Shown here piece after piece: positions 53,597 to 61,840 of a stretch of 64,000 nucleotides of DNA. The stretch's first letter is position 1. Every line of letters begins with the position of its first letter. This stretch comes from Candidatus Acidiferrales bacterium (GTDB taxonomy: Bacteria; Patescibacteriota; Microgenomatia; Levybacterales; UBA12049). The notes below the pieces were generated by a model that was not told the DNA's origin, ran no database searches, and saw only the letters and a list, made by a program, of their open reading frames with translations. A program made the translations under genes and the position numbers. The stretch is taken from NCBI GenBank assembly GCA_035533875.1, contig DATLSZ010000031.1, forward strand, positions 871 to 64,870, given 5' to 3'.

Positions 53597-56236
53597 TTAT
53601 TTGATGCAGTTTGCAGTAATTTGATTGAGCTCAGTAGACCAATACGCTGGTAAGGTATTGTAGGGGTTACCACTGTTGGAATTGTCAGTAATATATACAG
53701 TTCCTGCATTTCGCTGTTTTGCAAGATTAAGAGCCGATGTTACGTTATTCGCAGAGGTTGCATAGACAACTACCGACATTTTACTGGCAGCAGTGGTCTT
53801 AACATAGCCTGGCACGCTATCATTTACGAAACTTGTATAAGGCCCTTCAAAAACATTAAATGTCGCATCTAAATTCATATATGCCTGATCAGGATACGTC
53901 CCTGGATTGAGAATAACTTTTGAACCGGTTGCGCTATTGTGTACATAATTAATAAGAGTCTGATAGTAAGAAAGCCCAGTTGCATTTGAAGACATTTCAT
54001 CAAACATAATACTTGTCAGGCCATATAATTTTTTGTAACCTGCAACAGCTGTCTCTACAGATGAGATACTCTTTTTCCCATACGCTGTATCTACATATGC
54101 ATACATGCTCATTTTTGCTGCCTTTGCTTTTTGCACCTGCGCTAAAAGATTCTGATCGACATTCGTTCCTGGACCGGAGGCTGGATTAAAAATAAAGCCG
54201 ACGGTTGAAGGCATATCTTTACTACTCAATAATTCAGGCCAATAAGATGGTGGATAGAAATAGGCAGGATCAACCACGTTGGGACAAGCTGCAGTATTTG
54301 TTCCTACTTGGGTCCCGGAGGGTACTGTTTGCACTATAGTCGGTTTGGTCGCAGAATTTGTTACTGGTATAGGTGAGGTGGATGCACCCGATGTTGGATG
54401 GGTAGTATTAGTAGGTTGAGGACAGGGTGTCGTGGTAACTGGGAAATTGACACCCAATTGCTGGAATAGCAACTGCAGAATGAGCAGGAGTAATTGAATA
54501 AACTGTTGTAAAATTCCCCTCTTCGTTGCTGCATGATGTTTGTAATGATACGATTGAATTTTTCCAATATTTTGCGAATTCAAGGATTTTGCTTGTGTTG
54601 TTGTACACGGATTAATCGTGATTGACGGAAACTGTACTCCTGAAGGGCTACCTGGCACTGAACTTACTGAAGGATTATCAGATGGGGTAGTCGAAATTTT
54701 CTTTGTAGGTGATGGAGATGGACACGAACCAAGACAGACAAAGTTGGAGGGTATGGGATTTCCAGGAGTTGCTTTCGCAACTGTTGGCGTATTATTTGGA
54801 ACTGCAAATGCTGTTAAATTATTATTATCAAGTGCAAAAATATGTCCGTTAACAACTGCCGGGCTTTGCCAATGCATACTACCGATTTGCCCAGTCCATA
54901 ATATCGTCCCCTTCGTAGGATCAATCGCTTTAACTGCTCCGTTTGATTGCGTGAACAGAATGCCATTCACCATAAGTGGGGAGGTATTCCCTGTACCGTT
55001 TTTTGTATAGACTTGCTGTAAACGATTATTTGAAACTTTGTAAGCGTAGAGATTGTTACACATATCAGTCACAAAAACCCATGTAGTATTGCTGCTGTCT
55101 GCCCAGGAAATTGGATGAGAAAAAATATTACAGTTAACGGAAAGTGTCTGTAATTCACCACCAGTATGATCCGGACCGCCTTTCCCGGAAAGATTTTTAA
55201 GATTGAGAACGCGTACTTTATTATCTTTCCCTCCCTGAATACCCAGTTCCAAACCCGGAATTATCCCAACAACGGCACTTCCAAGATCTGCATCATCGTC
55301 CTGCAATTGTTGGAAATTTGTTGGGGTGTATGTATCAATAATTTTAGAAAGGTCTGAATTAAGCTCAACAATTGAGTCACCCAAATTATTTGGAGGCGCA
55401 TATATGCCGTTTCCACTAGAAATAAATACATTGCCGGTATTCACATCAACTACAGTACCGGGCCTTGCCCATACTCCGGATTGATGATTAGAACAATTTC
55501 CGCTTAGTAATGATTTATTATTGGTACATAACGTATTAAAAACTGTGACTGCACCGGTTGACAGATTTTTCGAGACAATATGGCCCACATATTGTCCTGC
55601 ATCTCCGACGTAAGCACTGATAGCCACATATAAACGGCCGTTTCCAATAGCAAGGGCTGATGATCCTTTTTCAACATTTGGGATAACCGTTGCAGTGAGT
55701 GGCCAGCCGCCTGAGGTATCTTCTATACCAGTGCCAACACGATATTTATGCACTTTTCCATCTTTTCCATAATTGTAAATAAACTGATCGCCAGGATCGA
55801 TTGCCGGAGAGCTTGTGGTAATCCCTCCACCTCCTGATGTCGACACACTCCAGACCTGCTTGCCTGATGCATCATCAATAGCAACCAGTCCGCCATTTTT
55901 TGTTGTCACAAAGACAAGATTTTTTACCCCCTGCCCTGTTGATACTCCAGAAAGATACACAGGTGAACCATCTGATGAAACCGGCGCCTGCCAGACCTTT
56001 CGCAATGATGACAGTGTTGATCTATTGATATATGGATCATTGCTGATTCCGCTTTTTTCTGCGTTACCATCAAATTGCTGCCACGCGACTGAACCTGCTG
56101 CACTTGCATTGTAGGTTGTGTCATTTTGGTTTGTTTGCTGCTGAGGATTTGTAAATAAAATAATTATAATCAAACTTAACATGAGGACAAAAAATGCGAC
56201 GATATAATGAGGTCTTTTCAACTTTTTTCTTTTCAT
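53597..56236 (-). CDS. Anchored/secreted fusion: PQQ-like beta-propeller + Pro/Ser/Thr linkers + Spherulin-4 (GH135-like) domain
   Basis: N-terminal anchor KRPHYIVAFFVLMLSLIIIILF. Propeller repeats (GGLVAIDDASGKQVWS, AVKAIDPTKGTILWTG). C-terminal YFYPPSYWPEL, FIFNPASGPG, YAYVDTAYGKK, IMFDE, ILNPGTY, NVFEG match the Spherulin4 pattern as recalled. Confidence 0.6.
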   Translation of the reverse strand: MKRKKLKRPHYIVAFFVLMLSLIIIILFTNPQQQTNQNDTTYNASAAGSVAWQQFDGNAEKSGISNDPYINRSTLSSLRKVWQAPVSSDGSPVYLSGVSTGQGVKNLVFVTTKNGGLVAIDDASGKQVWSVSTSGGGGITTSSPAIDPGDQFIYNYGKDGKVHKYRVGTGIEDTSGGWPLTATVIPNVEKGSSALAIGNGRLYVAISAYVGDAGQYVGHIVSKNLSTGAVTVFNTLCTNNKSLLSGNCSNHQSGVWARPGTVVDVNTGNVFISSGNGIYAPPNNLGDSIVELNSDLSKIIDTYTPTNFQQLQDDDADLGSAVVGIIPGLELGIQGGKDNKVRVLNLKNLSGKGGPDHTGGELQTLSVNCNIFSHPISWADSSNTTWVFVTDMCNNLYAYKVSNNRLQQVYTKNGTGNTSPLMVNGILFTQSNGAVKAIDPTKGTILWTGQIGSMHWQSPAVVNGHIFALDNNNLTAFAVPNNTPTVAKATPGNPIPSNFVCLGSCPSPSPTKKISTTPSDNPSVSSVPGSPSGVQFPSITINPCTTTQAKSLNSQNIGKIQSYHYKHHAATKRGILQQFIQLLLLILQLLFQQLGVNFPVTTTPCPQPTNTTHPTSGASTSPIPVTNSATKPTIVQTVPSGTQVGTNTAACPNVVDPAYFYPPSYWPELLSSKDMPSTVGFIFNPASGPGTNVDQNLLAQVQKAKAAKMSMYAYVDTAYGKKSISSVETAVAGYKKLYGLTSIMFDEMSSNATGLSYYQTLINYVHNSATGSKVILNPGTYPDQAYMNLDATFNVFEGPYTSFVNDSVPGYVKTTAASKMSVVVYATSANNVTSALNLAKQRNAGTVYITDNSNSGNPYNTLPAYWSTELNQITANCIK

Positions 56237-56315
56237 GTATTCTCAGAATAGGAATACCTGAACTATTTGTCAATGCTATTCGTCGAGGCTTGATATTCTT
56301 TGTTCTTAAGAGTTT

Positions 56316-56927
56316 ATGACAAGAAAAATATTTTTTTTTATTTTTGGAATAATTCTTACTATTATCCTTATTATTATCGGCACTGTATTTTTTGGCAGGA
56401 GACAGACACTCTCTCCAAGTCCCAAAATGCAAAAAACTCCGCAAATAGCAAACAGTCCATCATATACAATAGTAGACTCTTCCTCATCACCGAAATCAGC
56501 CAAAACAGTTACCCAGGATAAAATTTTCAGGGAAGCTGGTACCTCAGATAATTCACTGCAAAGATTTGTTATTAAAAGCTCTGTTGATGGGTCAATCAGG
56601 GAAATTTTTGGAGTGAATGAATCAGATATTACCTTTGAAAAAATCCAGCCGGAAAACTGGTCACCGACAAATAAATTTCTTTTTGTGTTTATCGATTATT
56701 CAAACAGACGGGATGTGATTTTTCTTAAAACGGATGGAAAATTTACCAATGGAAACTATTATCTTCACTCAACTGGTCTATATCCGAATATGAATGTCCT
56801 GAGCGCGACATGGATTGATACCCAAACGTTGGAGCTGCAGACAAAAGATATAAACACAAATCTTCCTCAAAAATATCTGGTCAATTTTGATGATGACACA
56901 GGAATTGTAACACCGGAGTCGAAGTAA
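56316..56927 (+). CDS. N-terminally anchored protein, unknown function
   Basis: 203 aa; TM helix IFFFIFGIILTIILIIIGTVFF, then a soluble beta-rich region. No motif recognised. Confidence 0.4.
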   Translation: MTRKIFFFIFGIILTIILIIIGTVFFGRRQTLSPSPKMQKTPQIANSPSYTIVDSSSSPKSAKTVTQDKIFREAGTSDNSLQRFVIKSSVDGSIREIFGVNESDITFEKIQPENWSPTNKFLFVFIDYSNRRDVIFLKTDGKFTNGNYYLHSTGLYPNMNVLSATWIDTQTLELQTKDINTNLPQKYLVNFDDDTGIVTPESK

Positions 56928-56939
56928 TACTATCTCAAT

Positions 56940-58241
56940 TTAGAGACAAGAATAGTCGTAGTCAAAATTTGTGGAGTATTGCGTCATGACTACAAATCCG
57001 CCGGTTGTAAGTGGAGTTAAAGAACAATTCGATTGTGCGCTGCTGAGATCCGTTGCACCTGGCCGCCAATTTCGTAAACCGTTAAGATTGCTGTTTGATG
57101 GGACAGACCCTACGATTGTTCCCCACTGAAAATTTGTCGAGTAGATACCAACCACTATCCCTTTTGACTGGAAATATGTAACCATTGCTTCCAGATCAAC
57201 ACGGTTTCTATTCAACGCATCACTCGAGCCGGAGTCCCAACTGTTTGTCGTCTCAACATCAAGCCACCATGGATAATCTGATGGTATCGCATCTACTCCT
57301 GCTGCTATTGCGGCAGGAATGAATTTTTGCTGTACATCTGCAACCGCACGATTCCACCCATACTGCCATGCACAAGCAGTTGAGTCGGTTCCGTCACATG
57401 TACCATATGGATTTGGTGATGTATCACCCAATGGATCTGTATTATTTACCGGCCATGTCCCTAACAATCCCGGATTGCCTGTATTAACGTACAATTGAAC
57501 CTTGGCCTGATTTGCTGTACCAAGTGATTGCCCTGCCCACAATAATTCAGTGCTGAGACATGGATTGGTAGTCGTGGCAATTCCGCCATTAATGCCAACA
57601 ATGCCAAACCCCTGTCCTGTCGGGAATGTATTCCCGCATTGGGGATAAGAGATATCATTGCCTACTTTTGTAATTGTCGGTGTGGGGGTAGGAATAGTTG
57701 TTGGAGTCGGCGTAGCGGTTGCTGTAGGTGTGGGAGTCAAAGTCATTGTCGGTGTGGGGGTAGCAGTTGGTGTCGGTGTCAATGTCATCGTCGGTGTTGG
57801 GGTAGCTGTTGGCGTTATTGTAAGAGTCGGCGTAGGGGTATCCATTACAGAAGGAGCGGGTATAGCGGTTGGTGTAATAGTATTAGTTGGCGTTGGTGAT
57901 GGCATGGCGGTTGGCGAAGCTGTTGGTGTAAGCTCATCGGTTGGTGTCGGCGTATCATTTGGAGTTGGGGTTGGAGTGGGCGTAAATGAAGTTGTTGGTG
58001 TGGGGGCTGCTGTAGCGGTTGGTGTCGGTGTCAATGTCATCGTCGGAGTTGGGGTAGCTGTTGGTATTACCGTAGGGGTAGTAATCTCACTTGTCGGTAT
58101 AGGGGTATCGGTAGGTGTAACCGATATAGCAATAGTGGGGGTAGGAGTAATTTTCACAGTATTGGCGGATATAAGAAAAGGGAAAGGAGAAGCAAAATAA
58201 AGAGTTAAAAAATGAAGGCAGGCGAGCAGAATACCGAACAT
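56940..58241 (-). CDS. Secreted protein: about 165-aa Thr/Pro repeat region + GH25/DUF1906-like (lysozyme-like TIM-barrel) domain
   Basis: Signal peptide; TPTPT-type repeats over residues about 31-195. C-terminal domain begins VGNDISYPQCG..GFGIVGING and ends with Trp-rich WWLDVE...GIVVGIYST, resembling GxDxSxxQ hydrolase-like domains. Confidence 0.5.
   Translation of the reverse strand: MFGILLACLHFLTLYFASPFPFLISANTVKITPTPTIAISVTPTDTPIPTSEITTPTVIPTATPTPTMTLTPTPTATAAPTPTTSFTPTPTPTPNDTPTPTDELTPTASPTAMPSPTPTNTITPTAIPAPSVMDTPTPTLTITPTATPTPTMTLTPTPTATPTPTMTLTPTPTATATPTPTTIPTPTPTITKVGNDISYPQCGNTFPTGQGFGIVGINGGIATTTNPCLSTELLWAGQSLGTANQAKVQLYVNTGNPGLLGTWPVNNTDPLGDTSPNPYGTCDGTDSTACAWQYGWNRAVADVQQKFIPAAIAAGVDAIPSDYPWWLDVETTNSWDSGSSDALNRNRVDLEAMVTYFQSKGIVVGIYSTNFQWGTIVGSVPSNSNLNGLRNWRPGATDLSSAQSNCSLTPLTTGGFVVMTQYSTNFDYDYSCL
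57657..58151 (-). repeat. In-frame Thr/Pro-coding repeat region containing three near-identical 45-nt units
   Basis: Units at about 57722-57766 and 57767-57812 (tandem) and 58019-58064 (dispersed). For example, ggtgtcggtgtcaatgtcatcgtcgg(t/a)gttggggtagctgttgg occurs twice with 1 mismatch. Each unit encodes PTATPTPTMTLTPTP. Confidence 0.85.
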
Positions 58242-58344
58242 AGTAAAATTAAACCATAAAAAATCCTATCCTGTCAACCCGAATATTGCGTTCGTAAAAA
58301 CTACACTAAATACAATTACCAATTTTCGCGTTATCACTAAAAGC

Positions 58345-59943
58345 TTAATACGTAGACATTGATTGAATTACTGGAACTGCTATATTTACACTTGTCGTTA
58401 AATTCCCTGAACTGTCAGGACTAATTTCAAACCAATATCCATCAGTTGTACTGAAAGTACGGTTTATCTCATCTATTAAATCTTGAGAAGTTAGTCCATT
58501 TGTTTTTGCTCTAATTTCCAATAATATAATAGCTTTATTGTTTGCACTTCGTGCTAAAAATATAACTTGTTGTGCAAATTGATAATATTCAGCTGACGAA
58601 GGTGCATTTTCTGCATGTATATCAAATATATCAGAATATTGCGCCAAACTCGCTATTTGTGCTTGAAGATACCCAGTATATTTATCGGGAGCGGAAGGTT
58701 CAAGTACATTTGAAAGATCTGCTGCAGGCGAATTCATAAAGAGTAACCCATGCTGATGTACCAACTGTTCTGCTTGAGGAACATATGTAAAGGGATGTTG
58801 TTGTTCATCAGGAGGTGTTCCTGCCCAATTCTCGTTATCATAAAGTATCACTTTTATATTTGCTGGTATTTGATTTTGTGCAAAAGCATTCATTATTTCT
58901 TGGTAACTCTGAAAACTTTCAACATGAGTTGCGTTTGGTAATGGATCAACACCAGATTGTCCTTTAATAATAACCTCATATGTTTTTGGTGTATTTATCG
59001 ACTGTATAAAATGTGAGCCGACAGGCGTTGCATTCAACGCAGTTGCAGCATTTTGTTCTATTACCCAATATTTTGTTTGCGCAGTAGGCTGAACTGTTAT
59101 TTGAGGTAACGGTTGCGACGAGCACCATCCACCTAGCGGTGCAACGGGTAAAGTACAGAAACCAGGCTTACAGGCAGGTCGAGGGGTACAAGTAGGCGTG
59201 GGAGTTTCAGCTGTAGTCTGTGAAGGGGATGGTGTTCCTTCTTTTTGTTCTATTACCCACCGTAACCGCGAAGATCCGTCATCCTGCCACTGCTCTATAG
59301 GCGCTCCCCTGCCTTGGGTACAAGATGTAATACCAATTGCCATTCCGCTCTTCTTATTAATCACCGTATAAGTATTATTACCATTTGAAGAAGGCACAAT
59401 CTCCCACTCTTCACTTAGCGACGGAGAAGTAAGATTTCGTTGTATAATAGGTATTCCTTGCTGCGGAACATTTTTTTCAAGAGATAAATACATAAAACTA
59501 CTCATTGGTCGAATTGTATAATTTCCATCACTTAACTGAGTAATCTCCCATCTTCTATCTTTATTCCAACCATTATCTGTCCACGGCCATTGGATGATAG
59601 GTGCACCATCTTTCATCGAGTTATCGCTTACATCAAGTGTCTGACCACTACACTTATTTAAAAACCGATAGACATTACCTGATACAATTCCTGAATACGA
59701 TGCATGACTGGCTGCATTGTGTTGTTGTAATGCCCCGTTAACAGTGACAAAAAGTGTTATTAATAAGACTACTCCACCAAGCATAGACAATTTGGTGAAT
59801 AATGATTTTTTCGGACCAATCGATTTTATCGGTTCATAAGAATGGTCATTGGAATGAGGTGTAGAAAACGAAGGCGGAGGAGTACTCTCAAAATTTTGTT
59901 CCATATTGTCAACTATTATAGTAGAGCATACCGTGATAATCAT
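58345..59943 (-). CDS. Anchored protein: ricin-type beta-trefoil lectin + TP linker + C-terminal TIM-barrel-like domain of unknown function
   Basis: TM helix LSMLGGVVLLITLFVTV. The ricin region runs from YRFLNKCSGQTLDV..APIIQWPW..RWEI to APIEQWQDDGSSRLRWVI (QxW-type repeats). Start may be the internal MEQNFEST at 59904. Confidence 0.6.
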   Translation of the reverse strand: MIITVCSTIIVDNMEQNFESTPPPSFSTPHSNDHSYEPIKSIGPKKSLFTKLSMLGGVVLLITLFVTVNGALQQHNAASHASYSGIVSGNVYRFLNKCSGQTLDVSDNSMKDGAPIIQWPWTDNGWNKDRRWEITQLSDGNYTIRPMSSFMYLSLEKNVPQQGIPIIQRNLTSPSLSEEWEIVPSSNGNNTYTVINKKSGMAIGITSCTQGRGAPIEQWQDDGSSRLRWVIEQKEGTPSPSQTTAETPTPTCTPRPACKPGFCTLPVAPLGGWCSSQPLPQITVQPTAQTKYWVIEQNAATALNATPVGSHFIQSINTPKTYEVIIKGQSGVDPLPNATHVESFQSYQEIMNAFAQNQIPANIKVILYDNENWAGTPPDEQQHPFTYVPQAEQLVHQHGLLFMNSPAADLSNVLEPSAPDKYTGYLQAQIASLAQYSDIFDIHAENAPSSAEYYQFAQQVIFLARSANNKAIILLEIRAKTNGLTSQDLIDEINRTFSTTDGYWFEISPDSSGNLTTSVNIAVPVIQSMSTY

Positions 59944-60046
59944 GTCAATACAGTTTTTATAATTGGCAACTAATTTCTTTTATAAAAAAGGGTTTCTGGA
60001 ATAATTGTTATTGAAAACCAAAAAAACGTAAATGTGGTGAGTGAAG

Positions 60047-60928
60047 TTATTCTGCCAGATTATTCCAGTCTTCTGAAAATTTCTGCAGGCCTTTATCTGT
60101 GAGCTGATGTGAGATATCGAATGTGCTCCAATCTTTTGACAAATCTAAGGATGTATACATAATTGGGGTAAGATTATCAGATTTATATTCAAACTGTGTA
60201 TCAGGAACCGGCATGCCTTTTTCAGCCCATTCTATATAAATTTTCAACGGCGCAGTCACCATATCTGTCCCATAGGCAAAACAAGCCATCAAATGTTCAT
60301 AGGTACGGATACTTGCCGCCAAAACAGCCACATGATGATCCGAATCCTGATACATCTGCATTAAATTTCTAATAAGATCCATCCCGTTCTCTCCTCTGTC
60401 ATCAAGTCGCCCGATAAACGGTGAAACAAAAACGTTCTTAAGTCCTGAAAGAGATTGAGATTGCGTTTTGTGTGTTGCAGCATAGACGGCAGCTGCCTGC
60501 TCCTGACTAAAAACAAGTGTCATATTGACACGAATACCTTCTTGTATAGCCCGCTCTGCAGCCTCAAGTCCTGCCGCAGTTGTCGGATATTTAATATGTG
60601 CATTGGGAATCCAGGTATACATGTCTTTTCCTTGAGCAAATAATTCATCTGCATCGGACTGTGCATTGGCATCGACTTCTATTGAAACTGAACCATCAGG
60701 GATCATTGCGGAGATCTCGCTCACGACATCTTTATAGAATGACATAACCTCTTCTTTTGAGAACTTTTTCCCATTTGCTAATCGTTCCTGCGCCTGAGGA
60801 TTTTTCGCAATTAGAGAAGGATTGGTGGTCTGTCCGTCCAAAAAACCAAGTATCGATAATAACTCACGAGTCTCCTTCGGATCGCCACTGTCTAAAAGTA
60901 TTTTCGTTTGCAGATTCGCAGGCCTCAT
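60047..60928 (-). CDS. tal: Transaldolase-family protein
   Basis: ILLDSGDPKE, GQTTNPSLIAKN, IKYPTT, FVSPFIGRLDD (Schiff-base Lys region context). Confidence 0.8.
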   Translation of the reverse strand: MRPANLQTKILLDSGDPKETRELLSILGFLDGQTTNPSLIAKNPQAQERLANGKKFSKEEVMSFYKDVVSEISAMIPDGSVSIEVDANAQSDADELFAQGKDMYTWIPNAHIKYPTTAAGLEAAERAIQEGIRVNMTLVFSQEQAAAVYAATHKTQSQSLSGLKNVFVSPFIGRLDDRGENGMDLIRNLMQMYQDSDHHVAVLAASIRTYEHLMACFAYGTDMVTAPLKIYIEWAEKGMPVPDTQFEYKSDNLTPIMYTSLDLSKDWSTFDISHQLTDKGLQKFSEDWNNLAE

Positions 60929-60986
60929 ATCAAAATATATTGTACCACAAATAAGAAATTTTATTGGCAGTTGAAGAAGAATGTTT

Positions 60987-61380
60987 AACTAATTCCTCTG
61001 TCTTAAGAATACGAAGATTCTTTAGCACTATTTTTTAAGATCAATAAAGTGTCAATTTTTATTTATTTCTCTCGCCTCTCGTGTATACCAACCCAAACAA
61101 AACCATCCCATCCCAAAAACAGTAGAAACGATAAATATAAGAAGAATAAAAAGTAATGGTATGTAATAGAACTCACCGTACTTCACTCACGCTTCTATAT
61201 TACATACATTCCTTTGGATGTATACGAATAGTAGTATATAAAAATCAAGCTCATATGTATATGATTCGCATCACATACTTGTTGATGTATATATAATGCT
61301 CACAAACGTTTGCAAGGAACAGCTGTTATGAGGTAACAAAAGGGAAAATAATAAATACTACTTCAAAACTAATTCCTCTG
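60987..61380. repeat. 14-nt exact direct repeat pair bracketing about 380 bp of noncoding DNA
   Basis: aactaattcctctg at 60987-61000 and at 61367-61380; the second copy lies 35 nt upstream of the truncated ABC ATPase ORF. Confidence 0.7.
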
Positions 61381-61414
61381 ACGTAAAAAAATGAAGCTTT
61401 ACTGACCGGCTGCT

Positions 61415-61822
61415 TTGAAAGCAACTACTTGCATAACCTCATCACCGCTTTGTGCTGCAGTGGCACTTGATAGTGAGAGTGACGGACACAAAGAACATGC
61501 AGAAAAACTTTTAACCCTTGTCGGTCTTGAAGACAGATTGCATTATTATCCAAATGAATTATCAGGAGGACAACAACAACGAGTCGCTTTTGCACACGCG
61601 TTGATTAATCATCCAAAAATACTTTTTGCAGATGAACCAACAGCAAATCTTGATACCACTTCTTCCAAAACAGTGCTTGATATTTTTTTGAAGTTAAATA
61701 GGGAGGAAAAATTAACAATCATCATGGTAACGCATGAGCCTGACTATGCAAAATTGGCAAAACGGAATATAGAACTTCTCGATGGTTTAATTGTTATAGA
61801 TGCTAAAATAAAAAATAAGTAG
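61415..61822 (+). pseudogene. 5'-truncated ABC transporter ATP-binding protein (MacB/LolD-like) remnant
   Basis: Retains the signature LSGGQQQRVA, Walker B ILFADEPTANLD and H-loop MVTHEP. Has no Walker A or Q-loop (about 100 N-terminal residues missing). Begins at a TTG, and there is no adjacent permease gene. Confidence 0.7.
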
Positions 61823-61840
61823 TTATATTAAAATATCCTG

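Noticed and set aside
54618-55010. 130-aa plus-strand ORF within the propeller gene
   Set aside because: Antisense shadow of 53597..56236, with no motif.
57657-58151. CRISPR-like repeat array
   Set aside because: The repeats are in-frame coding units with no unique spacers of regular length, and there are no cas genes in the window.
57658-58200. 180-aa plus-strand ORF encoding a Gly/Val repeat protein (GVGVGV...)
   Set aside because: It is the antisense reading of the Thr/Pro-coding repeats of 56940..58241. It has no independent start context or domain, so it is a compositional artefact.
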